This document shows positions 28,571 through 41,608 of a stretch of 64,000 nucleotides of DNA, one piece after another. The stretch's first letter is position 1, and every line of letters starts with the position of its first letter. The stretch covers positions 2,854,420 through 2,918,419 of the forward strand of contig JAWQFM010000001.1 in NCBI GenBank assembly GCA_033442325.1, read 5' to 3'. Source of the DNA: Salpingoeca rosetta. Taxonomy: Eukaryota > Protista > Choanoflagellata. The position numbers were made by a program, and so were the translations under genes. Below the pieces are notes generated by a model. That model was not told the DNA's origin. It was given only the letters and a program-made list of their open reading frames with translations, and searched no databases.

Positions 28571-29136
28571 TTGTTTTGTTGTTTTTCTCGTGGTGTTCCA
28601 ACTTGCACGAGGTGGCCACGTGTTGTGCGGCGGTCATCATGCACGGCACAGATGTACGCTCACGTAATGCCATGTACACTTATGCCCATACACATCTCTG
28701 ACCACTGCCTGTTGTGCGTGCATGTGTGCGTGCAGGGACGGCAGCGGGGTCGCGGTGGGCGTCGGTCCGGTGGCGGCCGCAGAGACAGACAGCAGCAGCA
28801 AGAAGAGGATGAGGGCAGCCAGCCGCAGGCCAAGCAGGCACCTCCAGCCTCAACCAACCAGCCCCGCCAGCACATTACCCTCTCCTCCAAACCCCAGCCA
28901 AAGCAGCAGCAGCAGCAGCAGGGTAAGCCGTCGACACAGCCGCCAGCATCGCAGCCGCGCGGCCCCAGTGTACAGACGGCGCCGCCAGCCTCTGCTGCCC
29001 AGCCCGTCATGCCCACGGGCATCAGCTACGCTGCGCGCGTGCGGGCCATGCGTGGACGAGGTGGCGCCCACACTGCTGGTCGCGGCGGCCGTGGCGGTGG
29101 TCGTGGCGGGCACCACCAGCGCCCATACCCACACCC

Positions 29137-29169
<33 letters not shown>

Positions 29170-31543
29170 CATGCAAGCACGGCCCGTGCACGCTGCTGGT
29201 GGTGGTGTTCGCGGCGGGAAATGGGGCGCACCGCCGGTCGGGCGTCTTCCACCGCCAGGAATTACCGGTAAGAGCAGCAATGGGGGGAGAGGGGAGAGCA
29301 CGTTGTGTTTTGAAGCTGTTGATGTTATTGAAGGTGGTGTTGAAGGTGGTCCTGGTGTAGTTTTGGTTTTTGTGATGTTGCGTGGTGCAGGTGTCACTGC
29401 ATTCGCAAACGCACACGACTGCACCGCATCACACACACACACGCACGCACACGCACACGCACACGTACACACGGCTACACTGCATCTCACACGTTGTGTT
29501 GTGTGCCGGGGCACTTCTCTTGTGATGTGACAGCGGAGACACCGGCGCAGCAGCAGCTTGAGCAGGAGATGACAAACGCAATGGCCAAGTCAGTTTGGTT
29601 GTGCCTTTTTGTGGCTGTCCTGCCTGTTGTTCCGCAGGCGGCGAGAGACAATTTCTGTCATTGAGCACAACAGCCTCGTGTGGCATTGTGGTTGCGTATT
29701 TGCGAACCGTGCACGACCAGCTACTCACCCCCCTTGTCACATTTGCTGGCATTGGCATTGTGCACCGCAGTGTGTCGGTTCAGGAAGGTGCCGCCCAAAC
29801 GATGCAACCACAGCAGCAGCAACCACAGCAGCAGCAGCAACAGCAGCAGCAGCAACAGCAGCAACAGCAACAACTGGCAAGCAACGCTGCTCCGCAACAG
29901 CAGGTGTGAGCTTGGTACCACTGTGTGCTGTGGGCAGCGCTGTTATCGTACAGCTTTTGTAGTTTGACTCACGCTTTCCACCACGTTGTACTCGTGCATG
30001 TGTGTGTGTGTGCGTGTGTTTATATGCGTTTGTTTGGAATTTTGCAGGCGTCCACCACGACCACATCTGCTCGCCTCACTGCAAAGCGATTTGTCGGCGA
30101 TGATGGTGCGTATTTGCTGCTTTCACGGTGCACATGCGCGTGGTGGGTTGAAGCGCACATTCAGAGGTTGGCACGACTGTGCAACAAATGCATGGTCAGG
30201 AACTTGGCATGCAATCTCCATCACACCTCACAATGACATCGTGCGCACTCCACCACTTGAAATGGACACACTCACACACACACTCACACTCACACTCACA
30301 CTCACACTCACACTCACACTCACGCACGATCACGGTTGCAACACGCCAGGCGTTCCCACATCTCGCGTGCGCTTGACGCTATCGTCCTCGTCGCAGTCTG
30401 CCGTGAGCAACGGTCCCCCACCACAACAACAAACACAGCCGCAGCAGCAACAACAACAGCAGCAGCAGCAGCAGCCGGTGCCCCTGCACCTGCGCAGCCG
30501 GCGCTGAAGGAGGGGGAGTCAAACCTCCCGCAGTTGCTCAAGGCCCTTCAACATACACACCCACCCAACCACAACAACAGACACCACAGCAGCACCAGGT
30601 ACCACAGCAGCAGATACCACAGCAGCAGCAGCCACAGCGTCTGTTCCAGGCGTCATCGGCGTCAACAGCGGCTGAGAGCGCTGATGCTGCGATCAAGGAA
30701 GTGCAGCAGGTTGCAGTCGACATGCCCGCACAGTTTATCCACTCACAGCCCTTCCATCCCATGCAGGTACGCTTGGTTGTCGTTGATGCTCTTGTCCTTG
30801 ATCTTGCTCTTGTTGTAGTTCTTGTTCTTGTTGTTGTTGTTGTTCTTGTTGTTCTTGTTCTTATTGTTGAGAATGGCATCAGTGACGTGCACTCACTGCT
30901 GCTTCAATGTTCTGTCACGCTGTGTTTGCAGAGCCAACAACCGCCACAACAGCCACAACAACAACAACAGCCGCAGCAGCAGCAACAGCAGCAGCAGCCC
31001 ATGCCCATGATGGTGCCTGTAACGACCGCTCCTCCAATGCAAATGGGTGCGTGCAGCATACATACACATGTTCGCTGTGTCTGTGTGCGTCTAATTCGTG
31101 ATGCATGGATACATGCGCATGCTTGTCGCCACGCAATCTCACCCTGTGTATACCTCAATCAATGTTCCTTCATCAAACAGCGTACGCAGAAGGTTATGCA
31201 CCGTATCCTCAACGTAAGCGCCCCCCCCCCCCCCGACATGACATATTCCATGCTCGCGGCTTGCTCTCTGGCCTAACAGCCCCACACCCACACCCACAGA
31301 ATAATCTTGTGTTCACCTTTGTGTTCACTCACCTGTATGCACGCATGCCCGCATCACACCACGTGCCTTTCTTTGACAAACAGCGATGGTTGCGCAGCCT
31401 TCCATGCAAGCGCAACCGTTTTTCCCACAACAGATGCAGGTGTGCTTGTGGTTCACGCCTTTTTGTTTGAAGCCAAGCATGTGTACCCGCTTTGTTTTGG
31501 TCTTGTGTACCCGCTGTGCTTTGTTCGTGTGCGGTCCATGTGT

Positions 31544-31587
<44 letters not shown>

Positions 31588-32046
31588 CTGTGTGTGCACA
31601 TGGCTAATTTCACGGCTGTACACACCGCTGTGTGCGCGCGGCCACCCTTGTACGTGTACTCACGTGCGCCCACCTGTTTGGATGCGCTGGATGGTGCAGT
31701 ACATGCCTGGACATGTACCGTTCTTTCAGGAACAGATGGTTCCATATCCCAACGCCATGTTCGATCCACAAACGGGCGCATATGTTATGGTCAGTCCCTT
31801 CCACAACACGCCCTCATGCTGAACAAATAGCACACGCGCACACGCGCACCCGAAATGCGTGCACATGAGTACCTGCACAGCTGCGCACAGGCAAATTGTT
31901 GCGTTCTCACATGCTTGTGCATGCGTACACTGTGCCTTGCCTTGGTCCACGTGCTTGCGCAGCCCTCGAATCAGCCAATGCCCCCGTACCAAACAACGAT
32001 GAGTGGCATGCCTCCCTCAACCTCCTCGGCTCCGTATTATGGCTGA
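27074..32046 (+). CDS. CASC3: CASC3/Barentsz/MLN51-like exon junction complex protein
   Basis: Acidic N-terminus, Btz motif KDPQVIPRGRYFMHDDR (28030-28080), RGG tracts and a Q/P-rich C-terminus ending SAPYYG*. The second Btz motif is not seen; a gap at 28219-28318 interrupts the gene. Confidence 0.75.
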
Positions 32047-32404
32047 AGCATACACACCCTTTGGCATTTTTGTATGTGTGTGTGTGTTTGTGCGGATTTC
32101 GTTTTGTTTTCTGTCCAAGATGAGCCTTGTGTCTTGTGGCGTGCCTTGTTTTGCCATGTGACCTGCGGTGGGTTTCGTCCGAGCCCTTTCCCCAGGCGCT
32201 TGTCGTTTGTTGTCTCGCCGTGTCATTATCGCTACTCCTGCTGTTTTTGCGGCTGTTGTGTCGTCTCTTTCTGTCCTTTATTCTCCTTTCCGCTTTGATT
32301 TGTTTGATATCGGTAGGCTTTCTCCGTCACCCCCCCCCCCCTTCGCTTGGTGTGGTCTGTTGTGTCACAGGGTGTTGCTTCTCTCGTGTGCGCGCGTGCA
32401 ATCG

Positions 32405-32469
<65 letters not shown>

Positions 32470-33007
32470 GTTCGTGGTTGACATACGTGCATACGTGCCC
32501 TGCTTGAGTTGAACTGTGTTGTTGTTGCTGCCACTCGCCCTTGAATGAAGTCTGATGGCGTTGATGATGCCGATGCTGTGTTGTGCTTGGATGTGAGTTG
32601 TCCTGTTTGTGCTGAGCGACACGACTGTTTGGTGCGTTGTGTATTGTGTCGGCATCCTTCCTCATTAAACCACAGCAGCGGCAATGACAATCGCGAGTGA
32701 CCCGTGCACCATCACCGCTTCAACTCCCATTGTCACCACATTGTCACATGACACCTATCACGAAGATCAGATCACTGCCCAAGATGCACAACACATGTGC
32801 ACACGACACCATGAGGCACAAAGGGTGCGGGCTGTGAATACATTAGTCAGCGAGGGCAGTGCACCGCGTATCAAGACGAGGCCAAAGACTTTGGGGGAGA
32901 TGGAGACGTGTGTGTTGGGGGGGGGGGCTTGAGCAAAGGACGTGAGCAAGTGGTGTTGGAGCAAAATGCTTGGAGCCGTTTGGATGCTGCTGGGGCCTGG
33001 AGTTACA

Positions 33008-33131
33008 CTACTCGTCCTTGCCATCTTGGCAGGCGCGCCATTCATCGTACGACTTGAGAGGCAGGTTCTCCTCCTTCCAGCCGTCAAAGCCACCGTTGAG
33101 CGACGTCACATCCGTGTACCCCAGCTCCTGT

Positions 33132-33214
<83 letters not shown>

Positions 33215-34453
33215 GTGTGTGTGAGAGTGAGAGAGAGAATGTGTGTGTGTGTAAGTGAGTGAGTGAGTGAGTGTGAGTGAGTGTGAGTGTGTGTGTGAGT
33301 ATGTGTGTGTGTGTGTGTGTGTGTGTTGAGTGAGTTGATGAGACGGGTCACGGTACTTTGTGGTGGTAAGCTCGCAATGAGACACCAGAGGTGTCACGAG
33401 ATGGTCGTGCGGGCGTAACTCACGTTGAGAGATCGAGTAGCGAGGACGCTTCGCATGGCACCGGCACAGTACACCATGAGGGGAGTGCTCGTGTCGGGGA
33501 CACATTTGGGCAGCTCACGCTCAAGTACACCGCGCTCCACCAGATACAACTTGTCAACGCCAAGCACACCCTATGTGTGCGTGCGTGTGTGTGTGTCAGC
33601 TGGTGAGCGTGGCAGGAGAAGACAGCGAGGCACAGTCAAGGAAAGGGACAAGGAAGGACAACAACTCAAGTACCAAGAGAGTCTCTGGCGTTGCATGTCG
33701 CACCTTTGACATCCATTCCCTGTCCTCGCGGACATCAACAAACGTGAACTTGTCCCGGTTCTCCCACGCCTGAACAGGTGAGGTGTAAGCAGCGACCAGC
33801 AGCGTCCCGGGGAATGGCGTGAGCGAGTACAAAAGGCACATCAACCACACGGCAGGTGTTGGTTGGACAACGCATGGAGAAGCGTTGCGCAAACATTCAT
33901 GATGTGCATACACATGCACACACACACACACATGCACACATGTACGCACATGTACGCACACGCACATGCATACATACATATGCACACACATGCACACACA
34001 CATACATACACGCACATACATACACACACATGCATACACATAGCCTACAAACCTCCTTTGGGTCCATCTCCTTGATGCTTGGGCGCGTCTTGTCCACCAA
34101 CTGCTTGAAGAGGGAGGCATAGCGCAGCTCTGTTCCCACACAAAACACACGCACACAGGGTACAAGATGTAAGAGATGGGTGGTATGTCGAGGGAGGCAT
34201 GAGAGCAGAGGGGAGTAAATCGGGGGACAGCACGAGCAGAGGGATTCGAACACGCACGTTGAACGGCCGGTGTGCGAGCACAGCGTGCAATCGACGCCAG
34301 CTTTGCCTATGATCACCGGCGGAAGGGAACACATCGACAAGCACATAGGGCGCGTGAGCGTGCAGGTGTATATAGAGGGATGGACAAACGGAAACAGCAG
34401 GGGTCAGGGGAGAGATCAAGCACGCACACACACACACACACGCACACACACAC

Positions 34454-34484
<31 letters not shown>

Positions 34485-34533
34485 GGCTGCTTGTGCTTGG
34501 CAGCTCTTCATCATCCAGCATCACCATCACCAT
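33008..34533 (-). CDS. Single-domain rhodanese/sulfurtransferase, probably mitochondrial
   Basis: Exons give AKLASIARCARTPAVQQLRYASLFKQLV...FVDVREDREW...ERGVLERE...LMVYCAGAMRSVLA...LGYTDVTSLNGGFDGWK. The first exon (ATG at 34533) is tentative; the sequence is secure from 34306. Confidence 0.88.
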
Positions 34534-34646
34534 CACCACGGCCAACGCACCACAGAAGACACACGACACAACAACACTACACAACATCAGCCAGAGCATC
34601 AGCAACAACGGGTGGTGGGTTTGTGTTGGGGTTGGCTCTGAACGAC

Positions 34647-34801
34647 TCAGAACGACTCAGCCTCGTCGTTGTAGCCGGCATCGCGCAGGGTGCGCAGGAT
34701 GTGCCTACGTGGCCAGGTGGAAGACGCATGAGAAGACATTGAGCACAAAGGTCACTGCAGCAAACAAAACAAGGGTGTTGGGCACGAACAACACGCACGC
34801 G

Positions 34802-34883
<82 letters not shown>

Positions 34884-36400
34884 TACACACACACACACAC
34901 ATGAACTGACCGCTTGGCGCGCTTCTTGTGGGCGTGGCGAAGGTCGGCGACTTGCTGGCGCTCAATGTCGCTCAAATCCTCGTACTTGTCAGCAAAGTCC
35001 GCCACGGCCTTCCAGCGGCGCTTCTGTCGCCACCACACAAGTAGCATGGTGAGATCGTGCACGACATTGGTGAAGGAGGGGGTAAAGGAATATGGTGAGT
35101 ATGACAGCACGCCCGCTGCGTTCGCACAGTTCACGGCAGCTGCCAGGTACATGTGCACCGCACCGCACCTTGGCAATGGTAAACCAGTCGCGCATGGACG
35201 CGCGGTAAGCAAATTTTTCCTCCAGCTTACGCTGCTCAGCCAGGCCTTCCCGGTGGGCATTGTCCCAAGCTGGGCATGACACACACAAGCAGTTGTGGAC
35301 GGTCAGTTTGGACGTGGTGCAGTGTGGACAGTTGGTGCACGATTGCATGCATACATAAATGCATGCGTGCATGTGTGGTGCCTCCTTGAGCATACACATG
35401 GCACCAGCAACACACAAAAAAGGGTACCAGCAACCATGCAACGCACAAACAAGCGCACACAACAGCGCACACGAGGTATTTTCGTACCCTCTTGGAGCGG
35501 GGCGACCTCCTCTGCGCTGCGGACGCGCTCCTGGCGAAGTTTCTGCCAAGCGCCACGCAAGTACAGAGGAATATGCGTCGTGTGTGTGTGTGTGTGTGTG
35601 CGTGTGTGTGTGTGTATGGATGGATGGGTGGATGGTTGGGTGGGGGTGCACGGGAGATTGTGGGTGAGGGAGGCACGGGGACACAGAGACAGACACGCAT
35701 ACACACACATACACATACACACGCGCGCACGCGCCATACAAGAGCTGCTGCGTTGCAAATGTTATGGTCAGCATGCAAAAGCACAGGAAAGTTGGAAAAG
35801 CGCAGCCCTCAAGCACCAGCATCAGTCTCACCTCCTTCTCCTCTTCAGAGAGAGTGTGGCGAATTTCGTTCAGGGAGTCGATTGTTGCGCTCATGCCTGC
35901 AGGCAACACAGTCAATCATCCACACGCAGCACGCAGTTGCCGTGTGTGTTTGTTTGTTTGTAGATGTGTGTGCGTATGTGAGTGGTCGCGTGAGAGGTAA
36001 GAACGAAGTGGAAGCTTTCAGTGCACAAGCGCAAATGCACATCGATCAGCGGACAAGAGAAGGTCGTGTACAAGTTTGGTGCATACCACGCTGCTCTGCA
36101 ATGCGCTTCAGCTGTGTGTTGAGGTGCCTGAGCCATGATGATAAATAGGCATGATCAGGCAAGTAAACGCAGTGCACGACAGGTAGGGTGAGTTCTGCAT
36201 GTAATGCAGCGATGTGCAAACAGAGACACACACGCGGGAAGGGGAGGGGGTACACGCGAAAAACAAATGCACAGAGGCAAACGCGCACGCGCGCGCACAC
36301 NNNNNNNNNNNNNNNNNNNNNNNNNNNNNNNNNNNNNNNNNNNNNNNNNNNNNNNNNNNNNNNNNNNNNNNNNNNNNNNNNNNNNNNNNNNNNNNNNNNN

Positions 36401-36440
<40 letters not shown>

Positions 36441-37441
36441 CACAGCGTGAGACGCGTGCGTGCGTGTTGCGCTGGTTCAAGTGTCAGGGCAGCGTGATCA
36501 ACACGCATGCGGCGCACGACCCTACCGCGCGTGCTTCCGCGGGGAGCTCCTTGAAGCGGCGGGCAACCTCGGTCACCACGTGGTGTGCAGGCATGTCTGA
36601 TATAACGCACGGTCACACGAGATGGCAGCACAGTGGTGAGCAATACAGGCGAAATCAACTTCACGCCAACACGGCGATGCCCACAAAACGCCGTGAGCGC
36701 AGCCCACCCGCACACGACAAACAATGGAAACAAGCATTCAGCAAACAAAACGGGGCGCTCGGGACATTGGGTGGCATAGGAAGGGACAGGAGGGCATCAC
36801 ACGCCAGCTCGTGTTCGCAAAGACCAACCAGGGTTCTGCTTGACAACATCGTCGCGAACATCGTCGGAGAAGAGGAAGAAGCTGCTCTTCACACGGCGCG
36901 GGTACTTGTGCGCAAGCCTGCACCAACCCACGATTTTGTGTGTATGTGTGTGTGTGTGTGTGTGTGTGTATGTGATGACGCGCAGTGTGGCATGCGTGTA
37001 CAGCAGAGATCGGTGTTTGGCAAAGATATTGCATGCATGCATTACGGTGTATCCCGCGAATCCCTCATGCACATCTTGTGACACGCATCCCCCAACACGC
37101 ATTTCGCAGGTGAACAACATACACTGTAGCGCTGCTGAAGAAGGTGCGGGTTTGCACAACAGCGAGCGTCTGGACGCGGGTGCGAGCCGCGAGGCCAAGG
37201 AAGCGAGCAAAAGTCTGATCCAAAACGTGGGGAGAGGCAACAAGCGCCCAACAATAAGATAAGCAACAAAACGACGACAACCTTTGGAACTGAGACAATT
37301 ACTCGGTGACACGTGCAAGGTCGCTTGGGGGAAAGCATGGCCGACGCATGGGTGGTGGGGGAAAAGGGGGATTTTGCACATGATTTGCATGCGTGAGCAC
37401 GAAACACATGAGAGCATCGACACGCAGTCGCAACTCACCAT
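34647..37441 (-). CDS. HMG-box protein with predicted mitochondrial presequence (TFAM/Abf2-like)
   Basis: M|TFARFLGLAARTRVQTLAVVQTRTFFSSATV is basic with no acidic residues. It is followed by YPRRVKSSFFLFSDDVRDDVVKQNPDMPAHHVVTEVARRFKELPAEARA, an HMG box. A gap at 36301-36400 interrupts the gene; a helical C-terminus ends EAESF*. Confidence 0.75.
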
Positions 37442-38743
37442 ATCGGCCAGGCCGTGGAAAAGAGACGGCAAGTGAAGCGAGTTTGAGGTCTGCAGGGCAG
37501 TGAACGCGGTAGCGGTGATAAATGTGGTGCGTGAGGTGGTGAGGTGGTGAGGTGGTGAGGTGGTGAGGTCGGGCACTGCAGCAGAGCAACAATCAAGAAC
37601 AAACGCGCCTGTGTACCGAACAACCCGCCATTGTTCATGACCACGCGAACTGGGAAGCACACAACAAAGATCGTGTGGAAGAAAACAAGTGGAAGCACAG
37701 CTGCAGCGTACAAAGGAAACGGCTACTTCACCAACACACACCAACACACACCAACACACACACACACACAGCTCAAGGCCAGGAGCAAGGCCAGACACAG
37801 CCGAGGCGACAACATCAACATCAACAAACACACCACCACAACAGCCACTGCTCTGAACGCACACCTTCTTCGCCTTGTTTGCTTGCAAACAGGAAAACGG
37901 TGTAATGCCGAAAGTTGTCAGGTAATTTCAACAACCATCTGCAACCCTGTGTGCGTGTGTGCGTGTGTTTGCTGCGTTGTCATCCTTCTGTTTGTCGTTG
38001 ATGGTCGTGAAAGCACCACACGATTGGCTTAGTTGTCAAGCATCAGAATCACACCACGGCACGCATGTCGTGCCACGTAACAACATGGACACGTACGCAG
38101 GTGTGCGTGAGCGGCACTATGCACACAAATTACACGCACACACATCGCACACAAAACAACACACATACACACACGCACAAAGACAGGCAACAGTCTATCA
38201 CACAAGGAATAATAACTCAAGAGCACCAGGAACAAGCGCAGCGTCGATGTTGCACAAGCCAACACACGCATATGCACATACACATATACATGCACACATA
38301 CAGAGCACAAGCATGATGGCCAAGGAAACGCAACATGTGCGAGGCAAGAGAAAACAGGCGGCTGCAGCCATGTAACAAGGCAGAGCTGTGTGCAAGCGAA
38401 GAAAGTGCACAAACATCACCAATCGAGACACTTTTGAAAGAACACAAAGCAGGGGTGCTTCAAAACAAAACAAACCACTCAACCAATGGCAACGAAAGAA
38501 CAACCAACCCCACACAAAGGGCATTCACGAGAACGAGAAGAGGCATTGGGGGTGGGGGGGGGTGCCTCCTGCACACAAAAGGCACACGCGAGCGAGCTTA
38601 TGTACGATCCAAGAAGAGAGGGAGACAGCTCCAACCGGCAACGTGCGGACGCGGCACAGTGATGCGCATGCACCGTGTGCGTGTGTGGCTATGGAGCGTG
38701 TGGAGTGTGGAGTGTGGAGCGTAATCAGCGGTCAGTGCGGTGG

Positions 38744-38884
38744 TCACGGGCCGTATTTCTGGATGTATCTGATTCTTCGTTCCGTCTCGGCCTTTTGCCG
38801 CTCCAGCGCCGCCTTGCGCTCCTCCTCCTGTTTCTTCTTCTTCATCTCCGCCCGCTGTGTGCAGCCGTGACACGCCACGGAGTG

Positions 38885-38966
<82 letters not shown>

Positions 38967-39563
38967 TGTGTGTAGGATTGGTGGACGGTCTTGCGACGGT
39001 GGTTGCTCTGTGGGGGGAGCAAATCAAGCAAGCAGAGCAGAGCGAAAACAACATCACGGTAGCCACAACCAACAAACAACACATGCGCACCTTGGCCAGT
39101 GCAGCGGCAGCACGCTCTGCCCGCTCTCTCTCCTTGCGTTCGCGTTCCTCTCGTTCCCGCGCCACGCGCTGCGCCTGCGCCTCGGCCCGCTTGCGCGCTC
39201 GCTCCTCCTCCTCCTGCGAAAATGTGTACATTGTCGTGTATGCGCGTTTCATGTGAGCGTGTTGGTGTGCGAGCGAGTTCAGAGTCAGATGTGTGTGTGT
39301 GTGTATGTTGGTGTGCGAGCGAGTTCAGAGTCAGGTGTCGGTGTGTACAGGCGCATTCGTGATAATGATCATGGCAACACGACAGCGTGCACAAGGCAAG
39401 ACGAGACGACACTAAGGCACAGCACGACATCGAAGCGCAACACGGTATCGGACCTCGATCATGCGCAGCCTTTCCAGCTGGTCCATGAGTGCGCGCTCCT
39501 GCTCCCGCTTCATCTCCTCAAGCACCTCCTGCTCTTTTCGCAACTCCTCCTGCACACGTTTGT

Positions 39564-39649
<86 letters not shown>

Positions 39650-41566
39650 AATAAATGTGATAGCTCAGGTGGCACACATAGCGCGCACGTACACGCACAC
39701 AGCGACATGACCATGTAAACTGCACTGCTGCGCACCTGAAGTTGTTCCCTGCGCTGCTTCTGTAGTTGCTTGCGCTTTTCCTCGCGTCGCGCCTTTTCTT
39801 CCTACAATACATGAACACCGCATGTACATGTCAGCTCAAGCAAGCGCACTTCTTTCGACCACATACATTGTTCACCACCCCAACACATGTGCGTGCAAGC
39901 AAACAAGCACTCACACAATACACACATACACACTCTCTCTCCCTCACTCACACAATACACACACACTCTCTCTCCCCTCCCCCACCCTGTCTGTGTACAC
40001 ATACCGCTGCGCGTTTGCGCTTCTCGTGGACCTCGCGGCGTGCGGCCTCCTCCCGCTCCTGCCGAATCCGCCGCTGCTCCGCCCGCTCTCGCTCAGCCTG
40101 TGTTTGGGGGGGGGGAACAAGCGTGAGGAAGCAGCAGAGGAAGGTGTGTGTATGTATGTGCGTGTACGTGTATGTATGTGTGCGTATTTGTGTGTCTGCG
40201 TGTTTGTGTGTCTGCGTGTTTGTGTGTCTGCGTCTATGTGCTGCGTGTCCTTCATCCACAGTGTGATTGCTCGCGAAAGTTCGCACATGGTTGCATGTGC
40301 TGAACAAAGCTGTTGAGCAGTTTGCCTGCACGCACCATTTCCTTGAAGCGACGGCGCTTCTCCTCTTGTTGGCGCTCGTGTTCCTCTCGCGCCTTTCGCC
40401 GCGCCTCTTTCTCAGCCTGATGCGTCAAACAACAACACACACGGCAAGCACGCGCACACCCACGCACACGCATACGACATTGCTTTCGTGAGCTGCGTTA
40501 AGGCACTGGGTGGGTGATACAAGACGCGCAGAATGCATTCAGCTGCCTACAAGCGTGCATGCAAGGTACGCAAGGAACCCACCAGTTCGCGCGCCTTTCG
40601 TTCCTGCTCGGCCTCAACTTCAAGCCTGCGCGCTTGCACCCGCTGTTGGCACGAGGTACAAGTCAAAGCAACACACGGCGACAAGGTTGGCAAGACGCAT
40701 AAACCAAAATATGTGAGCACATACGCGCTGTTGGCACCCCAAAAACCTCATTGTGGCGCAACACCATGACATGGTTGACAAGGTTGCTCACCACATACCA
40801 TCATCGCAACCACAAACTACCACAAACCACCACAAACCTCCACCACAGGTCCACCATCACAGCTACAACCCCCACCACTCCCAGCACAGTGCGAGGGGCA
40901 CCATCACCTGCTGGCGTTCAAACTCTGCCTGGCGCCGGCGCAGCTCCTCCATCTCCCGCTCCCGCGCCGCCGCAGCCGCTTTCTGCTTCTCAAGCTGTGT
41001 GTGTGTGTGTGTGTGTGTGCGTGAGCGCAGGGGTTGGGCGTCATTGTTGAAGAGAGAGTGTGTGTATATGTGTGTTTGCACCTGTTTGCACCTGTTTGCA
41101 CCTGTTCGCACGGGTGCACACAATCAAACTCGAGTACGGGCTCACCTCTTCCTGCCGACGGGCAGCGCGTTGTTTATTCAGCTCTTCCTGCTCTTCCTGT
41201 TGCTCTGCAAACGCACACGACGCACACGCATCAATACACCCACAAGCATAATATGTGAGCGCAACAACGGCGCAGGGATGCAGCACCAGCACCAGCAACA
41301 ACTCACACCGCACACCTCCCCCCCCCCCCACACACACCACACCTTGGATGGCGTGTTCGAGGACCATGCGATCCTTCTTTGCCTCCTCCATGGCGTGCTG
41401 CTGCTTGCGCCTCTTCTCCTCCTCAATCTGCCTGCGCAAATCATCCTGTCGCCTCTTTCGCTCCTCAATGTCCAGCCGCACCCGCTGCAGCTGCTGCTCC
41501 GCCGCCCGGTGCGCGTGCTCAACCGCCTCCTGCCGCGCAGCGCTGTCCTCCCTGTTGTGTGTTTTT

Positions 41567-41608
<42 letters not shown>

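Noticed and set aside
33008-37441. Possible HMG-box-rhodanese fusion gene
   Set aside because: The HMG gene has its own stop, and skipping its last exon puts the rhodanese out of frame.
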